Position numbers and translations under genes: made by a program. A stretch of 64,000 bases of DNA, from positions 1 to 64,000 of the IMG/VR virus record IMGVR_UViG_3300021592_000001; one strand, written 5' to 3'. Each line of letters begins with the position of its first letter. The first letter of the stretch is position 1. Origin of the DNA: a virus. Taxonomy: Duplodnaviria; Caudoviricetes. The notes below the pieces were generated by a model that was given only the letters and a program-made list of their open reading frames with translations, was not told where the DNA came from and made no database searches. This document shows, one piece after another, positions 18,615 through 28,952 of this stretch.

Positions 18615-19961
18615 ATGTATGGATTTGCTAAGGGAATGTCTCCTGTTGAGAGAGCGTTTAAGACTCTGGACTGTCTGGAAAGGGAGTCAGGCAGGAACAA
18701 GAAGCTTGACATTCTACAGTCAGCTTCCGATAATAAGATACTGAAAACCCTGATAGTGAAGGCTTACGACTGGAGAGTGAGATACGGTATAAGACCGTCT
18801 GTTCGAGTGGGTAAGATTAAGACCAGCTCAGTTTCAGAAGTAAATTACAAAAGGTTTCTGAAACTTACTGACAGATTGGCTAAAGGCTTGTCTGGAAACA
18901 AGGCAATCGCTGCTGTGGATAAATTCTTTTCCAGATGTTCTGACCTGGAAAAGAAGTGGTATTCGAGAGTGCTGAATCGAGACTTGAGAGTAGGATGTGC
19001 GTCTAAAACTTTCAATACAATATGGGAAAACTTGATTCCAGAGTTTGGAGTTCAACTTGGAATACCGTTCGAAAAGTACCTTGAAAAGGGGAAGTTGAAG
19101 TTTCCTCTCTATGTCGAGCCTAAATACGACGGAACACGAGGCGTATTTGTGAAGAAAGGCGATAGCGTGTCCTGTTACAGCAGACGTGGAACTGATATGA
19201 CTGAGATTGTTGATTTTGCAGTGAAGCCGCTATCGAAGGTCATGCCTGACGGTTTGCTGGATGTCGAGTTCCTCGCTGCATGGTCTAAGAAGGACAAGAA
19301 GAAATTTAAGGACGTTTGGTCGAAAACGCAGACGCTGTTGAAGCGAGGGAGGAAGAAGGAAGGCTATGTGGCGGATAAAGACTGGAAGGAATATGTTAAA
19401 AGCAATATAAGAATCATGGCCTTCGACTTGGCCAATCCAGATGTATTTAAATCAAGTAAAGGATACACCGATCAGACACCTCTCAGAAAGAGGAAAATCA
19501 GGCTAAAGAAACTTGTAAAGAAGCTCCCAGAGTTCTCAAGAGCGGAACTCGTTCCTTTCACTAAAGTCTTCAGCAGGAAGGAACTTGATAGATTGTATAA
19601 CAAGTATATAAAGGAAGGATACGAGGGAGTGATGATAAAAGACCCATCATCTCCGTATTCCATAAGCCTTTCTAATTATCGTCCCAGTTATTGGATCAAA
19701 AGGAAGAAGTTTGTGACCAATGATTACAAGATAGTCGCTGTAAATGAAGGTTCTGGAAGACTGAAAGGCACACTGGGATCACTAACGGTATTGAATGAAG
19801 ATGGAGAGAAGCTCAATGTTGGAACAGGACTGAGCGATAAGGAAAGGGATCTCCTCTGGAAAAAGAGGAAATCCTTAATAGGGAAGTATATAGAGGTAAA
19901 AAGGCAGAGTGGTTCTTCCAAAAAGAGATTTCCATCTTTCAGGATCAGAGAAGATAAGTAA
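18615..19961 (+). CDS. lig: ATP-dependent DNA ligase
   Basis: EPKYDG (motif I), EGVMIK, W.K.K, OB-fold VGTGLSD, RFP. Confidence 0.95.
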   Translation: MYGFAKGMSPVERAFKTLDCLERESGRNKKLDILQSASDNKILKTLIVKAYDWRVRYGIRPSVRVGKIKTSSVSEVNYKRFLKLTDRLAKGLSGNKAIAAVDKFFSRCSDLEKKWYSRVLNRDLRVGCASKTFNTIWENLIPEFGVQLGIPFEKYLEKGKLKFPLYVEPKYDGTRGVFVKKGDSVSCYSRRGTDMTEIVDFAVKPLSKVMPDGLLDVEFLAAWSKKDKKKFKDVWSKTQTLLKRGRKKEGYVADKDWKEYVKSNIRIMAFDLANPDVFKSSKGYTDQTPLRKRKIRLKKLVKKLPEFSRAELVPFTKVFSRKELDRLYNKYIKEGYEGVMIKDPSSPYSISLSNYRPSYWIKRKKFVTNDYKIVAVNEGSGRLKGTLGSLTVLNEDGEKLNVGTGLSDKERDLLWKKRKSLIGKYIEVKRQSGSSKKRFPSFRIREDK

Positions 19962-19975
19962 AGGAGGGAAATAAA

Positions 19976-21837
19976 ATGAAATGCAAATATTGCGGCGAGA
20001 CTAGCCCGTGCAGGCTAATCATATTTAGCAAAGATCTGTTCAAATGCGATTCCTGTGGGAGGATCCAGACTTGTACAGATGCCGACGAAAGTAGAACATT
20101 GAATCTCATCAAACTGATGAATCGTCATGAGGAACTCCTTAAGAGAAAGGAGGTGTAACCGTTGAGGCGAGGGGAATACAGGATTTTCTTTCCTCGTATG
20201 GAGGAAGAAGGCTACGCCAAGAAGAAGAAGAAAGCTCACAGTCGTATCAGAAGTCTTATCCGTCTTATTAAAGAAGAAGATCCTTTGCATTTTAACTGTT
20301 CAATTGATGACCGTGAATGCAAAATCAGATGGGAGGTGATAAATTGAGAAACATAGAAGACACTATATTTGATGATATGCTCCCAGTCAATTCTCTGGCA
20401 ATGATTGAGAGATTGAGGGAAGTCTTGGACGAGAGAGGAACTAACTGTCTCTCTAACATTAGAGACGATCTCAGGGTGCGGAAGCTAATGTGGCTTCTGA
20501 ATTCCCAGGTGTATGGACAGTCCCACATTATTGATATGGAAGATGAATGGTTTTCTATGCATATGAAGGAGGGTTCGAGATGAAATACGAAGGACGCATT
20601 TGCGATAATTGTCGCAAAGCTGTAGAAGATCACTACTCAGAGAAGGGATGGATCTCCTTTGACTCGAATGGCTTTCGGATTACGAACCAGAGGACACTGG
20701 AGGGAGAAGCAGTCATTGAAGCGTACTTTCCCGTGCTTCAATACGGCTCTGGGAATTCGTCGGACTCGCTTGATTTCTGTTCTGCGAAATGCTTATTGGA
20801 GTGGATGTTCTTATCCGACAAGACCAACAACAAGAATAGGTCTCTCAAAGAGAGAGAGGAATTTATGAGAGAAATGATGGAAAGAAGCGGGATAAAAATT
20901 ATCGAAGATAGAAAGGAGGTATATTAGGAAATATGGATCTCTATTTTAGGGGCAGGACACTGGACGATAGTAAGACAGTCATAGGATTCCCTTATTCTCT
21001 GAAACCTTTTTGGGATCAGAGGAATCAAGAGCAGTATTTGCTGTTCTTTAACCCAGATTATGATCTGGAATCTCACATTAACTACCTGAGAGACCCAGAG
21101 AAATTTTCCCATCTCAAGGACTGCATTTGGAAGGTAGATCCCGAAACAGTTGAAATTGTATTTAGTATGAAAGTCAAATAAATGAAAGGAGGCAAGTTAT
21201 GTGCAATTCAAAAAACACGGCAGAAGTGGAAGAACAATTGTCAGCAGAAAATTTTCTAGATGCCAGTATATGGGACCGTCTGGGGAAATACAAATTCTCA
21301 ATTGAAAGAGCGGCGGCTCTTCTGGGGTATGACCCAGATGAACGTCGCAAGATTAGACGGAGAATAAGCGGCTGCTGGGGAGAGTTTGAAGATGAAGTCG
21401 AGGGATTGTCATTAAGGGAGCTATACGAGTCCATCCCTCACGTTGAATCAGAGAAGCTGCCTCTCTACTTGGTAGAGGGATGGGAATGGACGGAAGGGGC
21501 TAGGGTAGTTGAAATACGGTCTAGACTAGACCGTATAGAATACCTGGTAGATTGGGGAAGATGGAGACTTCCCATCTGTTGGGACAGCCTCTTCCGTCAT
21601 CGGGAGAGACACCTAAAAGGTATGGATGGAGTCAGAAGCTTCCATTATATAAAGATAAATTTGTCGGGATTGAAAGTCTCGATTCAGAAGCACGAGCGAC
21701 ATGAGATTCACTATTATAAATATGATGAGGACTACGGCAAAAGGCTCATTCAGAAAGAAACTTATTTTAGAGTCCCTTTCAGAGAATTTTTGAGAGGGGC
21801 TTATTTGAGTCAGGAAGCTTTTTGGGGACAGGAATAG
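19976..21837 (+). CDS. Run of small hypothetical genes (19976, 20162, ~20344, ~20580, 20933, 21199)
   Basis: SDs and tight packing; several with Cys pairs. Confidence 0.5.
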
Positions 21838-21863
21838 CTCCCACATTTCGTAGGATTGGAAAT

Positions 21864-21957
21864 TTGCTAAAAACGCCAAAATCGGGGCTGGAGAGCCTTT
21901 ATTTACAAGGCTCTCCAGCGTCAAATTTTTAGGGTACGTATAAAACATAGGGCTTTT
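21864..21957. repeat. Right copy of ~94-bp inverted repeat with perfect 13-7-13 palindrome
   Basis: GCTGGAGAGCCTT-TATTTAC-AAGGCTCTCCAGC; reverse complement of 1958-2051; ends just before the SD of ORF 21976-22140. Confidence 0.95.
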
Positions 21958-21975
21958 GTCAAAGGAGGTAAAATC

Positions 21976-23014
21976 ATGAAAATCAACCTTGATTTAGACG
22001 ATCTTGTTCAGTTGAATGAGGAGAGTCAGGAGATGATTGGCGACGCAGTCGCTAAATTCCTGGAGAATAGGCTTGGTTCTACCGATTTCTGCTACAATTA
22101 CTCTGTAAAAGTGGAAATCAATGTCCCAGAGAAGAGGTAAGAGAAATGTATGCGTATTTATCCTACAGGCATGGCAAGCCTCGTATTGAGAAATGTCGCA
22201 CATTTAAAGAGGCTTTACGGAGCTTTCTCTCCGACTTTGACAGCGGAGAGGCCTACGGAATAGGTATCTACGTCGAATGTGACAAAGCTCTGTATCTGCC
22301 TGACTTCAAAGACCGTGAACAATCAGTTTCGGAAGCAAAGAGGTTGGGTTATGAAGTCATGAACGTCTACACTTTTGAAGGAATCGCTGTGTGATTGCAT
22401 ATTTGAAGAGGACACTACTATGAAAACAGAAGAAGCACTAAACCAACTCAAGAACGAAGGTTACACTGTCTTAAAAACTGGCATAAATGACAACGGAGAC
22501 GAAGTGGCTCTACAAATCATAGAGCAAGTCGACGAAAATGTTTATGTCTACCGTTTTGCTAGGAAGCCTTACGTAGATCCAAAAGAACTAAAAGAAATAT
22601 TTATAGGAGAGACTATTGAGGACGTAAGGGACTTCCTTGAGAAAATGAGAACGCACCTCCAAGAGATAAAACGTAAATGGCATCTCATACTTGAGAAAAT
22701 TAGGCATTCTCTAAAGGAGGCGATAAAGGATGATAACGATGATGAAGAAGATATTCGAGAACAAGATCAACAAGGCTATAGACGAGGAAAAACAAATGTC
22801 TAGAGACTTATTCACGGTATTGATGGATTACGACGGGGACTGGAGCATTGAGAAGGAAGGGGGAATCATCAAAATCACTCTCACCAGAAGAGATAAATCA
22901 GTCGTCAAGAAGATCAGCGAGTGTCTTTCAGTGACGCAGATAAACTATCTCAGAAGCAAGCGTTATGTTACAGATCTTGTCAGAGATCTCATTGAGAGGT
23001 TAAAGGGAGAGTGA
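21976..23014 (+). CDS. Four small hypothetical genes (21976-22140, 22146-22394, ~22420-22803, ~22739-23014)
   Basis: SDs and coupling. Confidence 0.5.
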
Positions 23015-23018
23015 GTCT

Positions 23019-24092
23019 ATGAGAAATTTAACTGTGGTAGTCGGGGGACAGTTCGGTAGCGAAGGAAAGGGAAAGGTAGTCGCACATCTATGTCGAAATT
23101 ACAGATTTGATGCATGTGTGAGAGTAGGAGGACCGAATTCAGGACATACTGTCACTCTGAACGGTAGAAGGACAGTCCTAAGACAAGTCCCTGCTGGAGT
23201 AGTGAATCCTCATACGCAACTCTTTATAGCGAGTGGATGCTTGGTGGATCCTGAAATTCTACAAAGAGAGATTAAGATGCTAGGTCTGTCGCCAGACAGA
23301 CTGAAGATCGACAGAAACGCAAGTCTCCTGGACAGGTCTGACGCTGAATTCGAGAGAAGAATTGGACTTGAGGGTAGAATTGGTTCTACAGCTACAGGAG
23401 TTGGCTCTGCGGTTATCAAGAGAATCCTGAGGAAAGACAGCAGTATCATTCTCGAAAAAAGGATTGATGACTATCCTTTCCTTATTCCGTATCTTGCTGA
23501 CGTCTCCAAGGAGATTAACCGTCTGTGCGATGCGGGGAAGAGCACGGTAATCGAAGGAACACAAGGCTTCGGTCTATCCCTTTACCATTCTTCTTATTAT
23601 CCCTTCGTCACAAGCAGAGATGTAACTGCTTCTGGTTTTCTGAGTGAAGTCGGAGTTAGTCCCCTGCTTGTAACAGACATTATCCTTGTCATCAGAACAT
23701 TTCCTATCAGAGTAGGAGGGAATTCTGGAGACCTTCCTAATGAGATTGACTGGGAAACAGTCAGAAAGGAAAGCGGTTATCCTCACGAAATTAAGGAGCT
23801 TACTTCTGTCACAGGTAGAGTTCGTCGAGTTGCACGACTTGATATCGGTCTCGTGAAGAAAGCTGTTCAGATTAACAGGCCGACTTTTATTGCTTTGATG
23901 GGAGTCGATTATCTTGACTTTAAGAACAGAGGAGTGAGAAGTCTTGAAAGTCTCTCTTCTAGGACTCATGACTTTATTACTTCCCTTGAAAGGGAAACGG
24001 GTATCCTCGTATCTTTGATAGGGACTGGTCCGAGTGACTTTGAGATAATTGATCTAAATGGGAGAAGCAGAAAAGGAGGGAAAGAAGTATGA
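23019..24092 (+). CDS. purZ: PurZ0-type N6-succino-2-amino-deoxyadenylate synthetase (adenylosuccinate synthetase homologue of the Z-base pathway)
   Basis: GGQFGSEGKG (Ser replacing the PurA catalytic Asp), IRTFPIRVGGNSG, ELTSVT.RVRR, and Asp retained in LMGVDY (GTP-type); short archaeal-like 357 aa. Confidence 0.85.
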   Translation: MRNLTVVVGGQFGSEGKGKVVAHLCRNYRFDACVRVGGPNSGHTVTLNGRRTVLRQVPAGVVNPHTQLFIASGCLVDPEILQREIKMLGLSPDRLKIDRNASLLDRSDAEFERRIGLEGRIGSTATGVGSAVIKRILRKDSSIILEKRIDDYPFLIPYLADVSKEINRLCDAGKSTVIEGTQGFGLSLYHSSYYPFVTSRDVTASGFLSEVGVSPLLVTDIILVIRTFPIRVGGNSGDLPNEIDWETVRKESGYPHEIKELTSVTGRVRRVARLDIGLVKKAVQINRPTFIALMGVDYLDFKNRGVRSLESLSSRTHDFITSLERETGILVSLIGTGPSDFEIIDLNGRSRKGGKEV

Positions 24093-24770
24093 AATACAAT
24101 CTCGGGAAAAGATTCAGGACTCCATTCTCTTTCCTTAAAGAGAAATCAAAGGCGATTATGTATCTGCTCTCAATCATAGAGCAGAGGCTGCTGTCAGATT
24201 TTCCTTCCGAGGCAGAATCTATAAAGAGGATTTTCAGAAGGCTCTATTCTACACTGCGAGCCTATTCAAGAGGGAAAGGAAAGTCTCCAGGGATAGAGTG
24301 GGAACATATAAAAGCAGCTGCCGATAATTCTCAGATCGCTATTGACAGGTGCATTCGCTGCTTGGAGAATGACTTCTCGCTGGAAGGGATAGAAACAGTT
24401 TTGGATATTCTTCCTTTAGGACCAGATTGTTGTCCGTTCTGTTTGAGTAAGGTCTCCTGTAGCGAGTGCGGATACGCTACCTTGCACAAGAGATGTGGCG
24501 AAGCAAATTCGTCGATAACGAAGTTATATGAAGCTTTAGGTGATTTAAAAGGCAAGATTCACAATCTTAAACAAAAAGGAGGCAAGAATGAAAAAGACAA
24601 AAGAGAAGAAATCTATCAAGGTCATAGCCAAGTATGAAAGAGACACGAAGCGGTATCACAGGTTCTCCTTCCGTAAGGAGAACGGTTCTGATGTAGTGTC
24701 TGGAACTATCTACTTTTCCAAGGATATGGATATTCCAGACAAGGTGATTTTGAACACTAAGGTAGAATAG
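24089..24770 (+). CDS. Two hypothetical genes (24089-24637 with Cys cluster; 24588-24770)
   Basis: CCPFC..CSEC..C; SDs. Confidence 0.5.
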
Positions 24771-24781
24771 AAGGAGGGAAA

Positions 24782-25183
24782 ATGAGTGAAATTATGGACA
24801 GACGAAAATTCCTGAAAACAGCACTTACGGTAGGTGCATCTGTCCTGTTTGATCTCCCGTCGCTTTTTGACTATCTCAAGGCAGAGGATGGATACAGAGA
24901 ATCCTTGCGTCAGATCAACCACTTTGTTGCAGAGGAGCTTGAAAAGATAGTCTATAGCTTTGAAATGAACGATAGCCGTCTCAGGTCAAAATTACGTGAC
25001 TCCATAAGTCGTAAGCTCTCACAGATGAAGTCGGAAGGAAAGCTGATTGATTACCGTGTGATTTGTGATGAGACTAACAACACGCCAGAGGTGATAGATA
25101 ATCACGGATTGGTTGTAGACGTTATTGTAAAGATATCTTCAGGATATCCTTACTGCAAGGCGACATTCTCAACATTGAGGTGA
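24782..25183 (+). CDS. Stand-alone tail-sheath C-terminal-like domain preceded by twin-arginine-like signal
   Basis: MDRRKFLK.. hydrophobic; FEMND..LR ... DYRVICDETNNTPEVIDN..LVVDV.VK. Confidence 0.7.
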   Translation: MSEIMDRRKFLKTALTVGASVLFDLPSLFDYLKAEDGYRESLRQINHFVAEELEKIVYSFEMNDSRLRSKLRDSISRKLSQMKSEGKLIDYRVICDETNNTPEVIDNHGLVVDVIVKISSGYPYCKATFSTLR

Positions 25184-25189
25184 TTGACT

Positions 25190-25498
25190 ATGCGAATACT
25201 ATATTCAAAAAGAGGAACTGGTAAGACAAGAGAGGCAATCTCGATCGCTTCCAAGACATCTTCTCATATAGTCTGTGAAGGGAAGAAAAGAGCCTCTGAA
25301 GTCTTTTCCATGGCAAAGGAGATGGGAATGGATATTCCATTCCCACTGACCTATGATGAGTTTGTAGAAGGTAGGTTCTATGGCATGAGCGTAAAATCAT
25401 TTGTCATTGAAGATGTTGACCTGCTGATTCAGAGGTTCGCTCGAGGCATTCCAGTCAAATTAATAACTATAACAAGGGAGGGAGAAGATCATGAATAA
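25190..25498 (+). CDS. Small degenerate P-loop protein
   Basis: RGTGKT; VIEDVD. Confidence 0.55.
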   Translation: MRILYSKRGTGKTREAISIASKTSSHIVCEGKKRASEVFSMAKEMGMDIPFPLTYDEFVEGRFYGMSVKSFVIEDVDLLIQRFARGIPVKLITITREGEDHE

Positions 25499-25838
25499 AC
25501 CGTCCAGTCAAATATTTCTATTTAACGCATGGGTTGATAATACCAATTATCTCCTGAACAAAGATTTACTTAAGATGAAGGCTGTCCGTTTTTGCAGAGA
25601 TGTCGGCTTGACTATAGTCTCTACGGATGAGTTTGTTTTCCCTAAAACTTCAGGCATCACTATGACGTTCATCATAGCTGAGTCAAGTCTATCGATTCAT
25701 ACATGGCCAGAAATGAACTACATTCGCATTGTACTGGATTCATGCAAAGCCTTAGAACCTTTGGAGGTATCGGAATCCCTTCGCAGGAACTTTGAAATTC
25801 CTGCAGAGCGATCTGATTTGAAAGTAATTTTATGGTAA
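25491..25838 (+). CDS. Pyruvoyl-dependent S-adenosylmethionine decarboxylase (SpeH/class 1b) homologue; substrate uncertain
   Basis: IIAE|SSLSIHTWPE self-cleavage motif and downstream catalytic Cys (DSCK); His after ES replaced by Ser. Confidence 0.85.
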   Translation: MNKPSSQIFLFNAWVDNTNYLLNKDLLKMKAVRFCRDVGLTIVSTDEFVFPKTSGITMTFIIAESSLSIHTWPEMNYIRIVLDSCKALEPLEVSESLRRNFEIPAERSDLKVILW

Positions 25839-26279
25839 GTGACCATGAAGGGGAGAAGGAAAGAAAAATACTATCTGAAGGCTTACTTCAAGCCTTTCGA
25901 TGTCAAGAAGACTGCTAGATTTGTCAGGAAGGTGAGGAAGAAGCTAGGTCTTTCGCAAGGAGAACTTGCAATCCTATTCGGCAGGGCAAGGTCTACACTT
26001 TCCAAGTGGGAGAACGGTCAGGCTATTTGTCCTGGAGACATAATTCTAGGTCTTCAGGACTTGGTTAAGATGGTAGAGAGAGGGGAATTTAAAATAAAGC
26101 GTAAGAGCCATAAGCTCAAGATCGTGGACGAGCGAAGGAAGATTGAAGAGGAAGAGGAAGAGGAACTGGAAAGTGTAGAATCTGTCCTGGAGAGAAAGTC
26201 CTTGGAAGAGGAAGAGGAAAAGGAAGACTTGGAGGTAGAAGAGTATATTGAAAGACTTAAGAAGGGAGGTAGTTTATGA
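25839..26279 (+). CDS. XRE/Cro helix-turn-helix regulator with acidic tail
   Basis: RKKLGLSQGELA..FG.ARSTLSKWENG..P. Confidence 0.85.
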   Translation: MTMKGRRKEKYYLKAYFKPFDVKKTARFVRKVRKKLGLSQGELAILFGRARSTLSKWENGQAICPGDIILGLQDLVKMVERGEFKIKRKSHKLKIVDERRKIEEEEEEELESVESVLERKSLEEEEEKEDLEVEEYIERLKKGGSL

Positions 26280-26674
26280 AATCACTTCTCGTGTCTCTAT
26301 TGTTTGTGACTGGGATAAATCTGGCTGGATCGGACGGGAACATGATTCCGTGGCCGAATCTGGTTGGAGTTGGGATGGCTGTATTGTCAATGTTAATAAT
26401 GGATGATGGAGGGGAAATCGAATGAGACAGGAGTACTCTGTAGATGAATGGAGATCGATCATTCAGAGGCTGTTAGACGTGACACACCTGATTCTACAGA
26501 AAAAGTATAAGTTTATTGCAGAATGGAACATAATACCGAATGCTGTCTTCATACCATATAAGATGCTGCCTGAAAAGGTAAAAGAATTGGAGATAGCTGA
26601 ATTGAGTGTCGTTATAGGCTATAACATAGACGACATACACGTCGGGTTGATTTCTTAGAAAGAGGAATTCCATA

Positions 26675-27736
26675 ATGGATTGTGATTACAGTCCTATATT
26701 CCAGTCCAAGACCAAAGAGAGCGATATCTACGACGAGTTTGTCGAGTTTTCGAATCTGCAGTATGCTACACTTGACTACGATCCGTTCCATCCGATGCTT
26801 GTGAAGCTGCAAGAGAACCTGGAGGAAGAGGAATCTCTTTGGATGTCAACATTGTATATGGCTTTCTACAACATAGGCTCTTGTTACTTTGCGTTTCTGA
26901 GGAATCCGAAACCTCTATCGGAACTGGATGATGTTCTCGGGAAGCTTCCCATCGGATTACAGAGAAGGAATCTGAGGGGTGGTGAGGTGATAAAATACTT
27001 CCACCGCTTCAGGAAGAAGGTAAAGCCTTATGGAAGTATCAAGAACTTTCTGACTCACAACTTTACAGGTTCTAAGGAGAAGGACTGGTTCATACTGTTA
27101 AAGAATTTGAACTCTGTCTGGGGTAATGGCAGATGGGCATCTTTCACTCTTGGAGAGATTTTTCAGAAGGTCAACAAGTTGCCTGTGCTCCCGACAGATA
27201 TAATGAATGAAAACAGTAGCGGTCCGAGGACAGGACTGGAACTGTTGATGGGAAAGGCGAAAGGAAAGACCAAAAAGGAGAAGCTGGCAGATCTGAAAGC
27301 TAAGGCCGACGCTCTCTTTAGGATGGTTCGTCCGAGAATTAAGACGAACATATTCTACCTTCCTAAGAATCATTATGACTATGGTATGATGGAAAGTCAG
27401 TTATGTGACTTTAATTCTATGACTAAAGGTCTCTACTATACAGGCAGAGACATAGATCGGGATCTGGAGCGTATAATAAGAACGCTGAGGGTCGCAGCTG
27501 ATGTTGGAATAGATATAAGACCAGCGAAGCGACTGTGGGAGATAAGGAGGGAAGTGTTCCCCTCCGAGCTCCTTGGAGAACTACATGGATGGTATAAGAG
27601 ACATACCTATGCAAAGAAGTTCTACAAAAACTTCGGGATAATAGCTAAGAGTCACAAGGAAATACGTGACTATCTTGGAATATGGAGAGAGGATAGACTA
27701 GATGACAGGAAGAAAATTGCTAGGGGATTATGGTAA
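26675..27736 (+). CDS. Amino acid:DNA transferase (aGPT-PPlase clade 2 / ADDT), thymidine hypermodification enzyme
   Basis: DYDP, RRNLR, GNGRWA, SSGPRTGL, ESQLCDFNS..G.YY.G.DID, W..R...FP..LGE motifs. Confidence 0.85.
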   Translation: MDCDYSPIFQSKTKESDIYDEFVEFSNLQYATLDYDPFHPMLVKLQENLEEEESLWMSTLYMAFYNIGSCYFAFLRNPKPLSELDDVLGKLPIGLQRRNLRGGEVIKYFHRFRKKVKPYGSIKNFLTHNFTGSKEKDWFILLKNLNSVWGNGRWASFTLGEIFQKVNKLPVLPTDIMNENSSGPRTGLELLMGKAKGKTKKEKLADLKAKADALFRMVRPRIKTNIFYLPKNHYDYGMMESQLCDFNSMTKGLYYTGRDIDRDLERIIRTLRVAADVGIDIRPAKRLWEIRREVFPSELLGELHGWYKRHTYAKKFYKNFGIIAKSHKEIRDYLGIWREDRLDDRKKIARGLW

Positions 27737-28952
27737 CCTACTCCACGAAGTTCTATCCAGGACGGATATGAAGATTGAAATAAATGACGGGAAGAGAGTG
27801 AAGAAAGTTTGCGTAATAGTAGGTTCTTCACGCTCAGGTTCGTCATTACTGAAGAGAGTTCTGAGCAACAGCTTTGACGTGGTATCCCTGTCAGGAGAGG
27901 AAGAGCCTTTCTACATCCTGTCTAGGAATGGATTCTCATTTTCCAGTGACAGCGATAGTTTCAATTCAATTAGGAATGCTGACCTTATCCATAAGTTGTT
28001 TTATAATGACTTTAGTGTTAGAGATACTAAGATTAGTTTGGAAGATATCTCGTTTAGATGGAAGAATAGACTGCTTCTGCAGCTTCCTCGGTTTATGATT
28101 GATGATTGTTTTGTTAGTAAAGTAGATGAGCTGTTGAAGAACGTTTACGATAAGTTCGAGTCAGATGAGAAGTCCTACGAGCTCAAGTCAGCAATCTTCA
28201 TAAAGAAGCTTCTCGGGAAGAGAGCTGGTTATTACGATATTATTGCTTCCAATTCAGGAGTTACATTTGAGGAGACATTCAAAGTAGAAGAGCCTCCGTT
28301 CGTGATCCCCCCATTCGGAAGGATGTTCAGAGAGAGCGAGGACTTTGACAAGGTCTTCTTATTCAAGACACCTCAAGACTGCTATCGGATTGGGATATTC
28401 GAACAACTCTATCCCAATGCAGAGATATACTACGTATGTCTCCTTCGTAACTACGCCTCTGTAGTTAATGGGTTGATGGATGGATGGCTGTGCGATTATG
28501 GATTCTTTGCTCACAATCTAAGCATGCACGGGGAATGTCTAGACATAGATGGGTACACGAATGTGAAGCCGTACGGAAAAATATGGTGGAAGTTTGATCT
28601 ACCTCCGAACTGGCATCACTTTAAACGAAAGCCCTTGTTAGAAGTTTGCACCAATCAGTGGGTTTCGGCCTACCGCCATATAATTGATAATGTCGTGAGA
28701 AGGAAAAAGAATCATCTAATCGTCAGGTTCGAGGACTTTATTCTTAATCCACAAGAGCAGACAGATAGAATAACTGAGTTCTTGGGTATATCACCTATTG
28801 TAGTACATGACTTACCATTAGTAATGATCACGGAGACTCCGAAGCTAAAACGTTGGAAAAAGCGAGAGGATCTGCTGATTCCTCCTCCAGGAGAAGTAAT
28901 AGATATAATGGAGATACTAAGATATGACTTGGACATCGAAACTTGGCTATGA
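27702..28952 (+). CDS. PAPS-dependent sulfotransferase-fold protein
   Basis: 5'-PSB loop IVGSSRSGSSLL, LFKTP, 3'-PB LLRNYASVVNG, IVRFEDFI.NP...ITEFLGI. Confidence 0.85.
   Translation: MTGRKLLGDYGNLLHEVLSRTDMKIEINDGKRVKKVCVIVGSSRSGSSLLKRVLSNSFDVVSLSGEEEPFYILSRNGFSFSSDSDSFNSIRNADLIHKLFYNDFSVRDTKISLEDISFRWKNRLLLQLPRFMIDDCFVSKVDELLKNVYDKFESDEKSYELKSAIFIKKLLGKRAGYYDIIASNSGVTFEETFKVEEPPFVIPPFGRMFRESEDFDKVFLFKTPQDCYRIGIFEQLYPNAEIYYVCLLRNYASVVNGLMDGWLCDYGFFAHNLSMHGECLDIDGYTNVKPYGKIWWKFDLPPNWHHFKRKPLLEVCTNQWVSAYRHIIDNVVRRKKNHLIVRFEDFILNPQEQTDRITEFLGISPIVVHDLPLVMITETPKLKRWKKREDLLIPPPGEVIDIMEILRYDLDIETWL

Noticed and set aside
21613-21948. Minus-strand ORF across the repeat (also 1983-2216)
   Set aside because: Antisense to real genes or running through the noncoding inverted repeat; no SD or family motifs
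1958-21957. Composite transposon or IS ends
   Set aside because: No transposase, no evident target-site duplication; gene content inside is continuous in style with the rest of the phage
23019-24092. Ordinary purA auxiliary metabolic gene
   Set aside because: Catalytic Asp is Ser and PurZ-type loop motifs are present
25491-25838. Spermidine biosynthesis module
   Set aside because: No spermidine synthase in the window; context favours another role, though one elsewhere cannot be excluded
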